From Candidatus Pelethomonas intestinigallinarum (lineage in GTDB: Bacteria > Bacillota > Clostridia > Oscillospirales > Oscillospiraceae), in the NCBI GenBank assembly GCA_018712665.1, contig DVGP01000262.1, positions 1-41,542 of the forward strand: 41,542 nt of DNA. Direction: 5' to 3'. The notes under the pieces were generated by a model. The model had not been told where the DNA came from and ran no database searches. It was given only the letters and a program-made list of their open reading frames with translations. Each line of letters opens with the position of its first letter. Positions within the stretch are counted from its first letter, which is position 1. Shown here in pieces: positions 24,567-33,001 of this stretch. The translations under genes and the position numbers were made by a program.

Positions 24567-24812
24567 TCATTTCAGCAGATAGTTCCGCACCAGGATCTGC
24601 AGCAGCTCGTCCCGGTCCACCTTGCGGATCAGGGTCCTGGCCTGGTTGTGGTTGGTGATGTAGGTGGGGTCCTCGGAGAGGATGTAGCCTACGATCTGGT
24701 TGATGGGGTTGTAGCCCTTCTCCTCCAGGGCCTTGTAAACCGTGAGCATGATCCGGTGGATCTCAGCGTCCTGCTCTCCGGTGAAATCAAACTTGCGGGT
24801 GTAATCGTCCAC
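24567..24812 (-). CDS. ireB: IreB-family regulatory phosphoprotein (UPF0297/DUF965)
   Basis: ORF 24567..24854. It contains the conserved core [56 protein letters not shown] place the start at the GTG at 24812 ([10 protein letters not shown]), 5 nt after AAGGTGGTG; the longer GTG start at 24854 cannot be excluded. Confidence 0.8.
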   Translation of the reverse strand: MDDYTRKFDFTGEQDAEIHRIMLTVYKALEEKGYNPINQIVGYILSEDPTYITNHNQARTLIRKVDRDELLQILVRNYLLK

Positions 24813-24962
24813 TCCTACACCACCTTCTTTCCAAATTATCTTTAGTATACTCACTTTTTTCGGCGGTGTAAAGAGAAAAAAACAGAATGTTACACAAGTG
24901 TAATATTCGACAATTTTTTCCAGCCCGCCCCCGGCGCGGGCGCCTGAGCGGGGCCTCCCGCC

Positions 24963-25478
24963 TCAGTACTCCACGCCCCGCCGGGCGGCCACGCCCCGGT
25001 CAAAGGGGTGCTTGACCTTCCGCATCTCGGTGACATAGTCGGCCCGGTCCAGCAGCGCCTGGGAGGGTCCCCGGCCGGTGAGGACCACCTCCAGCCCCTC
25101 CGGGGCGCTGTCCAGCAGCGCCAGCAGCCGGCCCTCGTCGATGAGCCCGGCGGCGCAGGCCCCCAGGGCCTCGTCCAGCACCAGCAGGCCGTACCCGCCC
25201 GCAGAGGCCTTCTCCCAGGCAGTCTCCAGAAGGCCGCTGTAGTAGATCCCGGCCTCCTCCCGCTCCTCCGGGGAGAGGGTCCAGGTGAAGCCGAAGGCCC
25301 TGGTCTGGGGGACCACCTCCGCCCCCTCCGTCCGGGACAGGGGGGCCAGCTCCGAGGAGGAGCCGTCCTTGAGAAACTGGAGCACCAGGGCCCGGCAGCC
25401 GCTGCCCGCGCAGCGCAGGGCCAGGCCCATGGCGGCGGTGGTCTTGCCCTTCCCGTCTCCGCAGTAGATGTGTACCAT
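24963..25478 (-). CDS. cobO: Cob(I)yrinic acid a,c-diamide / cob(I)alamin adenosyltransferase (CobO/BtuR type)
   Basis: ORF 24963..25796. The start is MVHIYCGDGKGKTTAAMGLALR at 25478, after GGAGGAGG. It has a P-loop GDGKGKTT, LLVLDE and a C-terminal KHPFDRGVAARRGVEY. Confidence 0.8.
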   Translation of the reverse strand: MVHIYCGDGKGKTTAAMGLALRCAGSGCRALVLQFLKDGSSSELAPLSRTEGAEVVPQTRAFGFTWTLSPEEREEAGIYYSGLLETAWEKASAGGYGLLVLDEALGACAAGLIDEGRLLALLDSAPEGLEVVLTGRGPSQALLDRADYVTEMRKVKHPFDRGVAARRGVEY

Positions 25479-25498
25479 GTTCCGCCTCCTCCCCGGGA

Positions 25499-26950
25499 TC
25501 AGTGGTTGTTCCGCTCCAGCAGTTCGTGCTTCACGTCCCAAAGCTTCTGGCTCAGGTCCACATAGTAGTTGTGGGGATAGTCGAAGCGCTTGACCTCCTC
25601 CCACAGGGTATCCACCTGCTGGGCGCAGTAGGCCTTGATCTCCTCCAGGGAGGGCAGGTCGTAGACCAGCTCGCCGTCTTTGAAAATGGGCACCTGGAGC
25701 TCCTTGGCGGTGAAGTCGTAGACCTCCTTCTTCTTCCAGGTGGCGTCGGGGTCGAAGATGACCAGGGATTTGGAGTCGTCCACCGTCTCGTCCCACACGG
25801 TGAGGTAGTCGGCGATGGCCTTGCCGGTGTCGTTGCCGTAGAAGCGGTAGAGCTTCTTGAAGTGGGGGGTGGTGATCTTGGTGACGTTCTCGCTGATCTT
25901 GATCTTGGGCTCGATGGTGCCGTCGGGGCGCTCCACCGCCGCCAGCTTGTACACCCCGCCGAACACCGGCTCGCTGCGGGCGGTGATCAGCCGCTCGCCC
26001 ACGCCGAAGCTGTCCACCTTCGCCCCCTGGAGCAGCAGGTCACGGATGAGCATCTCGTCCAGGGAGTTGCTGACGGTGATGGTGCAGCTCTCCCACCCGG
26101 CGGCGTCCAGCATCTTCCGGGCCTCCTTGGTCAGGTAGGCGATGTCGCCGGAGTCCAAACGGATGCCGCACTTGGTGATGCCCCGGGGCCGCAGGACCTC
26201 GTTAAAGGCCCGGATAGCGTCGGGCACGCCGCTCTTCAACGTGTTGTAGGTGTCCACCAGCAGCACAGCGTTGGTGGGATAGATCTCGCAGTAGGCCTTG
26301 AAGGCCTCGTACTGGCTGGGGAACATCTGGACCCAGGAGTGGGCCATGGTGCCGGCGGCGGGGACCCCATAGAGCTGGTCGCTGATGGCGCAGGCGGTGC
26401 CCGCCGCGCCGCCGATGTAGGCGGCCCGGGCTCCCGCCACGGCGCCGTCCACCCCCTGGGCCCGGCGGGAGCCGAACTCCAGAACGGCCCGGCCCTGGGC
26501 GGCCCGGACCACCCGGTTGGCCTTGGTGGCCACCAGGCTCTGGTGGTTGACGCACAGCAGGGCGAAGGTCTCGATGAGCTGGGCCTGGGCCGCCGGGGCC
26601 CGGACGGTGATCAGGGGCTCCCCGGGGAACACCGGCGTCCCCTCCGGCACCGCCCAGATGTCCCCGGTGAAGCGGAAGTCCCGCAGGTAGTCCAGGAAGT
26701 CCTCCTGGAACATGCCCTTGCTCCGCAGGTAGGCGATATCGTCCTCGTCGAAGTGCAGGTCCTGGATGTACTCCACGAGCTGCTCCAGCCCCGCCGCGAT
26801 GGCGAAGCCGCCGCCGTCGGGGACCCGGCGGAAAAACAGGTCGAAGTAGGTGATGCTATCCTGCATCCCCTGGCGGAAGTAGCCGTTGGCCATGGTCATC
26901 TCATAGAAGTCGAAGAGCATGGACAGGTTCATTGTCTTTTCTCGTCCCAT
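25499..26950 (-). CDS. pncB: Nicotinate phosphoribosyltransferase
   Basis: 483-aa ORF with ...MNLSMLFDFYEMTMANGYF, HSWVQMF and IRLDSGD motifs of NAPRTase. The alternative start MNLSML at 26932 is equally plausible. Confidence 0.9.
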   Translation of the reverse strand: MGREKTMNLSMLFDFYEMTMANGYFRQGMQDSITYFDLFFRRVPDGGGFAIAAGLEQLVEYIQDLHFDEDDIAYLRSKGMFQEDFLDYLRDFRFTGDIWAVPEGTPVFPGEPLITVRAPAAQAQLIETFALLCVNHQSLVATKANRVVRAAQGRAVLEFGSRRAQGVDGAVAGARAAYIGGAAGTACAISDQLYGVPAAGTMAHSWVQMFPSQYEAFKAYCEIYPTNAVLLVDTYNTLKSGVPDAIRAFNEVLRPRGITKCGIRLDSGDIAYLTKEARKMLDAAGWESCTITVSNSLDEMLIRDLLLQGAKVDSFGVGERLITARSEPVFGGVYKLAAVERPDGTIEPKIKISENVTKITTPHFKKLYRFYGNDTGKAIADYLTVWDETVDDSKSLVIFDPDATWKKKEVYDFTAKELQVPIFKDGELVYDLPSLEEIKAYCAQQVDTLWEEVKRFDYPHNYYVDLSQKLWDVKHELLERNNH

Positions 26951-27026
26951 AGGTCGGTACCGTCCCTCCGTATGGACTGGCCCGGCCCGCCGCGGCGGGG
27001 CCGGCCTGCCAAAGATATTCCCCTAT

Positions 27027-27054
27027 AGTATATCTTTTTTTCCAATTTTTGCAA
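27027..27054 (-). promoter_or_regulatory. Candidate sigma-A promoter for pncB-cobO
   Basis: On the minus strand: TTGCAA (27054..27049), a 16-nt spacer, then TATACT (27032..27027). Confidence 0.4.
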
Positions 27055-27062
27055 CGATAGAA

Positions 27063-27091
27063 TTGACAATTTTTTGCCAATCCCTTAATAT
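27063..27091 (+). promoter_or_regulatory. Candidate sigma-A promoter for the pantothenate kinase gene
   Basis: TTGACA (27063-27068), a 17-nt spacer, then TAATAT (27086-27091), 30 nt upstream of the ATG. Confidence 0.5.
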
Positions 27092-27121
27092 TGTACCTGA
27101 CTTTGACTGGGAGGGATCGCT

Positions 27122-27949
27122 ATGTCCGTCATCCTTGGAATCGATATCGGCGGGTCCACCACCAAGATCGTGGGCCTGCGCCCCGACGGGTCCCACATCG
27201 CCATGCACCGGGTCCAGGCCCAGGACCCCATCACCAGCCTGTACGGGGCCCTGGGGAACTTCCTGTTCACCAACGGTTTGCAGCTGTCCGACGTGGACCG
27301 CATCGCCCTGACCGGGGTGGGGGCCTCCTACGTGGACGGGGACATCTACGGTATCCCCACGGAGAAGGTGGACGAGTTCGCCGCCGTGGGCACCGGAGGG
27401 CTGGCCCTCAGCGGCCAGGAGAAGGCCGTGGTCATCAGCATGGGCACCGGCACCGCCTTCATCTGGGCGGAGAGGGGCGGCGAGATCCGCCACCTGTGCG
27501 GCTCCGGCGTGGGGGGCGGCACCCTGGCCGGCCTGTGCTCCAAGCTCTGCGGCACCCGGAAGTACGCCCAGATCGTCAAGCTGGCCGCCGACGGGGACAT
27601 CAACAACATTGACCTGACGGTGGGGGACATCACCCGCAACAGCCACCCCTCCCTGCCCCTGGACATCACCGCCGCCAACTTCGGCAACGTCTCCGACAGC
27701 GCCACCGCCGGGGACTTCGCCGCCGGGGCCATCAACATGGTCCTCCAGTCCATCGGCACCACCGCCGTCATGGCCTGCCGGGCCTGCGGCTGCGAGACTG
27801 TGGTAGCCACGGGCTTCATGTCCACCCTGCCCCAGGCCCCGGAGTGCTTCGCCCTCTTCACCCGGCTCCACGGCGTCCATTTCATCATCCCCAAGAACGC
27901 CACCTTCGCTACCTCCATCGGCGCCGCCCTGTGCAGCGGCAAGGAGTAG
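27122..27949 (+). CDS. coaW: Type II pantothenate kinase (CoaW-like, ASKHA fold)
   Basis: 275-aa ORF with the ATP-binding motif GIDIGGSTTK, ISMGTGTA and GSGVGGGTL, as in staphylococcal/Bacillus-type II PanK. Confidence 0.75.
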   Translation: MSVILGIDIGGSTTKIVGLRPDGSHIAMHRVQAQDPITSLYGALGNFLFTNGLQLSDVDRIALTGVGASYVDGDIYGIPTEKVDEFAAVGTGGLALSGQEKAVVISMGTGTAFIWAERGGEIRHLCGSGVGGGTLAGLCSKLCGTRKYAQIVKLAADGDINNIDLTVGDITRNSHPSLPLDITAANFGNVSDSATAGDFAAGAINMVLQSIGTTAVMACRACGCETVVATGFMSTLPQAPECFALFTRLHGVHFIIPKNATFATSIGAALCSGKE

Positions 27950-27962
27950 ATCCGAGACAACA

Positions 27963-28003
27963 ACACGCGGCCCGGAGCGAACGCTCCGGGCCGCGTGTTT
28001 TCC
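27963..28003. terminator. Terminator hairpin between the convergent coaW and LCP genes
   Basis: ACACGCGGCCCGGAGCG-aa-CGCTCCGGGCCGCGTGT (17-bp stem) followed by TTTCC on the plus strand. Confidence 0.8.
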
Positions 28004-28023
28004 AACAAAGCCGCCATCGGTTG

Positions 28024-29076
28024 TCACTCGGCGGAAAAAATGTCCAGGTCATCGGCGGTCCTTTCCTCCACATAGGGGTTGAGCAGGTCGTTGACCAGAG
28101 CCAGGACCTCCTCCTCATACAGCCCGTAGCAGTACGACACGCCGCCGTATGTCACCTCCCCGTCGCCGGGGAGGGTGGCGGTGGAGACGTCCTCCTCCAG
28201 GTCCATGCCGATGGCCGACTGGGCCAGCCACAGGAGATTTCCCGCGGACAGATCCGTGTCACAGTGCTCCAGGAAAATGTCCACATACGTGCTGAGCTTC
28301 AGCGGCTGGGAGAGGGCCTTGGCCGCCACCGTCTTCAGCATGGCCTGCTGGGTCCGGGTCCGGCCGATGTCGTAGTCCGGGTAGGCCACGGTCCCGTCCT
28401 GGTTGGTCCGCAGGCGGCACACCGCCAGAGCCTCCTGGCCGTCCAGGTGCCGCAGGCCCGGCTCAAAGTGGATGGACAGACCCTGGTGGGGATCGTCGTA
28501 GCTCATGTGCACCGGTATGTCGAAGTCCACCCCGCCCACGGCGTCCACCAGGGCCACGAACCCCTCCGTCTCCACGGTGAAGTAGTAGTCGATGGGGACG
28601 CCCAGCAGTTGGGAGACCGTCTCCTTCAGGCAGTCCACGCCGCCGTGGTAGGCGGCGTTGATCTTCGGGTACCGGGCGGGGATGGACGCGGGGTCGATGA
28701 GCGTGTCCCGGGGGATGGAGACCACCCCCACGGTCCGGGCGGCGGCGTCGTAGCGGACCGCCATGATGGCGTCGGCGTTCCCGCTGGACTGGTCGCTGGC
28801 GGCCACCAGGAAGACAAAGCAGTCCTCCCGCCGGGTCCAGTGGTCGATCTCCTCCACGGGAGGAGGCGGGTCCTCCGCCCCGGCGTCCGCTGGCTCTCCG
28901 GCGTCCGCCGGCTCCCGGGCGGGCGCCTCCGCCGGCGGCTCCTCCCGGGCCGCCACGGGCTTTTCCTTGACGAGCTGCCAGCACGCCGCCAGGGCGGCCA
29001 GGAGAAAGAGGGCGGTCACCGCCAGGACAGCGGCGCGCTGCCGCCGGGTGACAGGGGCTTTCCTTCGCTGATCCAT
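28024..29076 (-). CDS. LytR-CpsA-Psr (LCP) family cell-envelope phosphotransferase
   Basis: ORF 28024..29082. The ATG at 29076 (MDQRRK) follows GGAGGTG. It has a single N-terminal TM, a Pro/Ala/Glu-rich linker, then LCP motifs (NADAIMAVRYD, SIPRDT, INAAY, GGVDFD, RLR). Confidence 0.85.
   Translation of the reverse strand: MDQRRKAPVTRRQRAAVLAVTALFLLAALAACWQLVKEKPVAAREEPPAEAPAREPADAGEPADAGAEDPPPPVEEIDHWTRREDCFVFLVAASDQSSGNADAIMAVRYDAAARTVGVVSIPRDTLIDPASIPARYPKINAAYHGGVDCLKETVSQLLGVPIDYYFTVETEGFVALVDAVGGVDFDIPVHMSYDDPHQGLSIHFEPGLRHLDGQEALAVCRLRTNQDGTVAYPDYDIGRTRTQQAMLKTVAAKALSQPLKLSTYVDIFLEHCDTDLSAGNLLWLAQSAIGMDLEEDVSTATLPGDGEVTYGGVSYCYGLYEEEVLALVNDLLNPYVEERTADDLDIFSAE
28881..28916 (-). repeat. 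Imperfect 18-bp tandem duplication in the LCP linker region
   Basis: CGGCGTCCGCTGGCTCTC / CGGCGTCCGCCGGCTCCC (15 of 18 bases identical), encoding EPADAG-EPADAG. Confidence 0.7.
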
Positions 29077-29185
29077 ACACACCTCCGACAGGGGCCGGAC
29101 CGGGCGGAGCCGGGCCGGGTACTATATGGATATGTCGATCCCCGTCGAAAAAGGGACAGCGGCGGGAAAAATATCCTGACAGGCC

Positions 29186-29217
29186 GCGGGCCGGGACCCC
29201 GCAAGGTCCCGGCCCGC
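29186..29217 (-). terminator. GC-rich hairpin after the anti-sigma factor gene
   Basis: GCGGGCCGGGACC-(6 nt)-GGTCCCGGCCCGC (13-bp stem), 19 nt after the stop. The T-rich run (ATATTTTTCC) comes only ~12 nt further on, so termination efficiency is uncertain. Confidence 0.45.
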
Positions 29218-29235
29218 CCCGCTCCCGCGCCGCCG

Positions 29236-30159
29236 CTACTCGTAGATGGAGTCCAGCATCCGGAGCAGCTCCTCGCGGGTGATGTCGCCGGTGATGCCGC
29301 ACTGGTAATTGTCGACCAGCCACTTTGCCGATTCTCCCCTTGCACTCGTCATGACATAGTGCGTCACACCCCCCATTTCATATGGAGTGGCATTTTCTTC
29401 CTCCGTCTGCCGCCGACTATTGCGGTAACTTTTATCCGTGCGAATTGTGTAATCAATCCACAAAGTGGTATCCTCACAAGTATAATAAGCGGTCACTGTA
29501 CAGGAGGAAGGCAGCTCCGAAGTTATGACAGAATTTAGCGTAAACCGTTCAGGGACCCAGGTAGGAACCAGCGGGATCTCGACGCCGTAGCTGTCCAGTG
29601 CCGTCTGGAGAGAGAAAAACTCCTCCCCATCCTCTCTTCCGCTGTTTCTGGATGACGTCCCGCCACCGATGGAAGGTTCCTTTGCCCAGGAGGTGAAGTG
29701 CTTACCGGCCCAGTTGGTCACGTTTTCCCACAGGTCATACCCGAAGGCCGAGGCGGTGACCGTGGTGGCCAGCAGGAGGGCGGCAATGGCCGCCGCGGCC
29801 AGGGCAGCCCGAGTGAGCCAGCGCACATTACGGCCACGGTGTGGCCGTACAGCCCCCTCCGGCGCCGGAGGGGGCGGGGGCGCCATCCCTGGCGCCCCCG
29901 GCGTTTCCTCCGCCAAGGCCAGAGGCTCACAGGGGTAGTATTTTGTAAGGAACCTCTGCCACGCCTGGTCCACATCGGGGTAGACCGTCCCGGGCCCGGC
30001 GCTCTCCCGCCGGGCCAGCGCCTCCGCCGCCCGCAGTACCGTGTCCGCGCCCAGCCCCTCGCCCTCCGGCAGCTGGCTGTCCAGGCGGAGGAGCTCCTCC
30101 AGCGCCTCCGTGGGCATGGCGTCCAGCCTGTCCCACCGGCCGCGCTCCTGTTCAGACAT
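29236..30159 (-). CDS. Membrane-anchored anti-sigma factor with a C-terminal DUF4367-like domain
   Basis: 307-aa ORF lying 51 nt downstream of the ECF sigma gene. It has a cytoplasmic N-terminus, one TM (WLTRAALAAAAIAALLLATTV) and an extracellular C-terminus (IPLVPTWVPERFTLNSV...LWIDYTI...) resembling DUF4367 anti-sigma proteins. Confidence 0.65.
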   Translation of the reverse strand: MSEQERGRWDRLDAMPTEALEELLRLDSQLPEGEGLGADTVLRAAEALARRESAGPGTVYPDVDQAWQRFLTKYYPCEPLALAEETPGAPGMAPPPPPAPEGAVRPHRGRNVRWLTRAALAAAAIAALLLATTVTASAFGYDLWENVTNWAGKHFTSWAKEPSIGGGTSSRNSGREDGEEFFSLQTALDSYGVEIPLVPTWVPERFTLNSVITSELPSSCTVTAYYTCEDTTLWIDYTIRTDKSYRNSRRQTEEENATPYEMGGVTHYVMTSARGESAKWLVDNYQCGITGDITREELLRMLDSIYE

Positions 30160-30210
30160 TCCTCACACCCCCTTCGCTGTTTCTATCAGGTATATGTCCA
30201 AAAACCGCCG

Positions 30211-30705
30211 TCACGGGACAGCGTCCTCCCGCAGCCGCTTCTGGAGCCGCTTCCTGGCCCGCTGCACCCGCTTCTTGCAGGTCTCCAGGGGGATGCCCAG
30301 CTCCTCCGCGGCCTCCAGGATGGTGCACCGGTCCAGGGCAATCCGCTTCAGGAGCCGGAAGTCCTCGCTGTCGGAGAGGTCGCCGTAGAGGGTGTCCAGG
30401 TCCAGCTCCACGTCCGCCGCCCCGCCGTTCTCGTCCAGGACCTCCAGGACGGTCTCCGCCAGCCTCGCCCGCTCCCGCCGGGTGCTTCGGATCACATTTT
30501 TCAGCACGTTCATCAGCCAGCCCTCCGGGTTGTCGCTGGCGAACAGCTTGTCCTCCCGCTCGCAGGCCACCCGGAAGGTGTCCTGCACCGCCTCCTCCGC
30601 CAGGGAGGGGTCGGACATGCCCCGCAGGGCGTAGGCGTACAGTGTGTGGAACATCCTCCGGTAAAGCGTCTCGACCCGTGCGTCCGGCCCGTCCCCTCCA
30701 GGCAT
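30211..30705 (-). CDS. ECF-type RNA polymerase sigma-70 family factor
   Basis: ORF 30211..30726 (GTG). I prefer the ATG at 30705, directly after GGAGGTGAGGAG. Region 2 reads AEEAVQDTFRVA...NPEGWLMNVLKNV. Region 4 HTH reads LKRIALDRCTILEAAEELGIPLETCKKRVQRARKRL. Confidence 0.85.
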   Translation of the reverse strand: MPGGDGPDARVETLYRRMFHTLYAYALRGMSDPSLAEEAVQDTFRVACEREDKLFASDNPEGWLMNVLKNVIRSTRRERARLAETVLEVLDENGGAADVELDLDTLYGDLSDSEDFRLLKRIALDRCTILEAAEELGIPLETCKKRVQRARKRLQKRLREDAVP

Positions 30706-30934
30706 CTCCTCACCTCCCCGCCGCACTTCGTGCCTCCAGTATACGGGAAACCTGCCGCGGCCTCAAGGGGGCGGATACAAATTCTCCCTTTCGCTGAAAA
30801 TGGCCGGAGGGTGTCCCCAAGGGGCGGTTTTTCGACATATATGAATGGTGAATATTTCAAGCCGTGCCGCCGGGGACAACAAAAAGACCGGACCGGGGCG
30901 TTTTCCCCTGCCGGTCTCTGTGGAGGTGTCAAAC

Positions 30935-31549
30935 ATGGAGGTTTTCCGCTGTACGGTACATGTGAAGGAGCAGCTGACGATGGACGCCTGCCGCTATTAT
31001 ATACGGCATAACCACGCCCGCTCATGGACCTCGCCCATATATGCAACCATTACATTCTTTGCAGCTGAAACAGCAGTCCTTCATATTGCTTGGTGTCAGG
31101 GAATACCTGCCCACTCACAAGTGGGCAGAGCACTCAGTGCCTTCGCTTATGGTTTTGCACTTTTCGGGTCTATCTTTTGGCTGTTCTTCATGCCCTACTC
31201 CCTACGCACTGCGATGTTCTTCCGATTAAGGCTTTCCGGAACACGCCTGTCTGAGCCCTTCCCCATAGAGATCACTCCGCAGGTCATCAGCATCTCGCCG
31301 CGCCAGGAGATCTTGCTGCGGCCCTTTGGCAATGAGGACGGACCAGCGAAAGGCCGCTCCCGGTCGCGCAAGATCGTCCTTGCAAAGGTGGACCGGGTCC
31401 ATGAGAGCCAATACGGCTTTTATTTTACCATGCGGCGCGATTTCCGCATCGCCCTGTTTATCAGCCGGGATGTCATGCCGCCGGAGGAGTACGGGGCCCT
31501 GCGCGAGATGCTGAAGAAGCGGTTCCAGTCCCGCTACTACGAGATATAG
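30935..31549 (+). CDS. YcxB-like membrane protein (two TM segments plus a bPH-like C-terminal domain); function unknown
   Basis: ORF 30845..31549. The ATG at 30935 follows GTGGAGGTG. It has hydrophobic segments IYATITFFAAETAVLHIAW and ALSAFAYGFALFGSIFWLFFM, and a C-terminal pattern (ISISPRQ..., VDRVHESQYGFYFTMRRDFRIALFISRDVM...EYGALREMLKKRF) typical of YcxB-family proteins. The N-terminal half is lower in GC. Confidence 0.55.
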   Translation: MEVFRCTVHVKEQLTMDACRYYIRHNHARSWTSPIYATITFFAAETAVLHIAWCQGIPAHSQVGRALSAFAYGFALFGSIFWLFFMPYSLRTAMFFRLRLSGTRLSEPFPIEITPQVISISPRQEILLRPFGNEDGPAKGRSRSRKIVLAKVDRVHESQYGFYFTMRRDFRIALFISRDVMPPEEYGALREMLKKRFQSRYYEI

Positions 31550-31569
31550 CGCGGAGAAGGAGGACACCA

Positions 31570-32496
31570 ATGAGGAAAAGCCGGAAAGCGTACGCCATCA
31601 TGGCGCTTCTGATCCTGGCCGCCGCTCTTGCCCTTGGGGCCTCTGTCCTGGCAGGGCTGGCCGCGTCAGAGGCGGCAAGCTCCGCCGCTCCCCCGGACAG
31701 CGGGCCGCCGGCGGAGCAGCCGGAGCCGGAGGACCCGGAGAAATGGAGGGCGCCTGATGCCGTGGAGACCTCGACGGAGGACAGCCTGCCGGAGGAGCTC
31801 CCTCCGGAAGTAGAAACGCCGCCCACGGCGGGCCCCGCCGAAGCGGGCCGGGAGGCGGCGGAAAACTACACCATATTGGCTTACACAGAGCTTCCCAACG
31901 CGGACAGCTCCGTCTATGTGGAGTACCCCTGGTTTCAGGGGGAGGAGTTTGCCGAGTTGAACGAGCTGATCTATGATAAAGTGCTGGAGCTCGGAACGAT
32001 CGACCCGGACACAGCGCACCCGGACTGGGGCCTGATCGCGGACTATCAGGCCGAGGTCACCTTCCAAAACAGCAGGGTGGTCAGCATCGTGTTCTGGGGC
32101 GACAGCTACTTTACAACAAGCAATCACCCCTGGGGCAACTTGCGCGGGCTTACGGTGGACCTGGAAACCATGGAGGAGATCCAGCTGGGAGATCTATACC
32201 CCTTTGAGGACAGGGAGTTTCGCAAGCTCTTCTTCTCCTACGCCGCATTCCCCGGGGAGCCTGTGACGGGGTATGAGGAGGCGGATTTCTTTGAGTTCTT
32301 TCCCCGCTTCCCCTATTACACACCCCTGGAGGATATTGCTGCAGGCACGGATAATTTCTTTCTCAAGCCCGAGGGCGTGGTAATCAGCCTCCCCGCCGTC
32401 CACGCCACCGGCAGCGACCACATGGAGGCGCTGCTGCCCTACAGCCTGGTCATGGATCTCTACCTCCCGGACCGGAACTACTGGGAGGGGCCGTAA
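31570..32496 (+). CDS. Membrane-anchored protein with a DUF4163/DUF3298-like (RsiV/PdaC-type) ectodomain
   Basis: 308-aa ORF with an N-terminal TM/signal anchor (AIMALLILAAALALGASVLAGL) and a Pro/Glu-rich linker. This is followed by VEYPWFQGEEFAELNELIYDKV and LTVDLETMEEIQLGDLY, which resemble the DUF4163 and DUF3298 signatures. Confidence 0.55.
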   Translation: MRKSRKAYAIMALLILAAALALGASVLAGLAASEAASSAAPPDSGPPAEQPEPEDPEKWRAPDAVETSTEDSLPEELPPEVETPPTAGPAEAGREAAENYTILAYTELPNADSSVYVEYPWFQGEEFAELNELIYDKVLELGTIDPDTAHPDWGLIADYQAEVTFQNSRVVSIVFWGDSYFTTSNHPWGNLRGLTVDLETMEEIQLGDLYPFEDREFRKLFFSYAAFPGEPVTGYEEADFFEFFPRFPYYTPLEDIAAGTDNFFLKPEGVVISLPAVHATGSDHMEALLPYSLVMDLYLPDRNYWEGP

Positions 32497-32748
32497 CTTC
32501 ATTCCTCCCCGGTCCCGGGACCGCAAAGGCTTGTCTTGGGCGCAGCCCCCGTCGGAGCCGCGCCCAAGTGTCTCTATATGAATCATCCGGCCCGGGTTGC
32601 GATGCCGGCACGGGCTGGATGGCATTTGCCGCGGCGCCGCCGCAGCTCCCAGCCCTTTGCTGTATCCCGGTTGGATTTGGATGATGCTATGGTACCGGCA
32701 AATCTTGGCAGGGATTTGAATAGGAAGTGAATAATCTGTAAACAGTCA

Positions 32749-32778
32749 GAGGAAGGCGCCCCGGTGGGCGCCCTCCTC
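32749..32778. repeat. GC-rich hairpin, left copy
   Basis: GAGGAAGGCGCCC-cggt-GGGCGCCCTCCTC (13-bp stem with one mismatch). It is nearly identical to the hairpin at 33002..33031. Confidence 0.7.
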
Positions 32779-33001
32779 ACAGGCTGTCAAAAAAGTCTTG
32801 TCGGACTTTTTTGGCAGCCTGAAAATGCCGTTACTTTCCCACAGCTACGCAGTGTGAAAGTCCTCGCTACGCTCGCCGCACGCCTTGCGCAGCAAGGCTT
32901 TGCGGGGCATTCAATTGGATTCGAGGCGGGCTTTGCCCCCTCGAGCTCCCCCCTGCGCTGTACAGCTTTCTACTCCTGAAGGAAGTTTTTCGAAACGCTG
33001 A
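32779..33001. repeat. Structured ~220-bp intergenic repeat element, copy 2 (MITE-like, non-coding)
   Basis: It begins acaggcTGTCAAAAAAGTC and ends GAAGTTTTTCGAAACGCTGA. GAAAATG lies ~36 nt in. Internal hairpins include AAAAAAGTC-ttgtcg-GACTTTTTT. Orientation and end motifs are the same as in the element at 24320..24519. Confidence 0.6.

Noticed and set aside
24325-24582. 85-aa ORF inside repeat copy 1 and 71-aa ORF (32764..32979) inside copy 2, which share a short similar peptide
   Set aside because: Neither has an RBS. They run through terminator hairpins and, in the first case, into the ireB 3-prime end on the opposite strand. The peptide similarity is explained by the conserved DNA ends of the repeat.
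30790-30845. Possible third copy of the repeat: CGCTGAAAATGG ... GGTTTTTCGACATATATG upstream of the ECF sigma gene. A further CCTTTTTCGAC occurs on the minus strand near 29135.
   Set aside because: Only two short motifs match. There is no TGTCAAAAAG left end, no flanking duplicated hairpin, and the spacing is far too short. This is most likely chance, or at best a tiny fragment.
32536-32780. Small ORFs 32536..32730 (+) and 32583..32780 (-) in the long convergent intergenic region
   Set aside because: They have no RBS and an Arg/Pro/Ala-rich junk-like composition. They overlap each other on opposite strands, and one runs into the hairpin.
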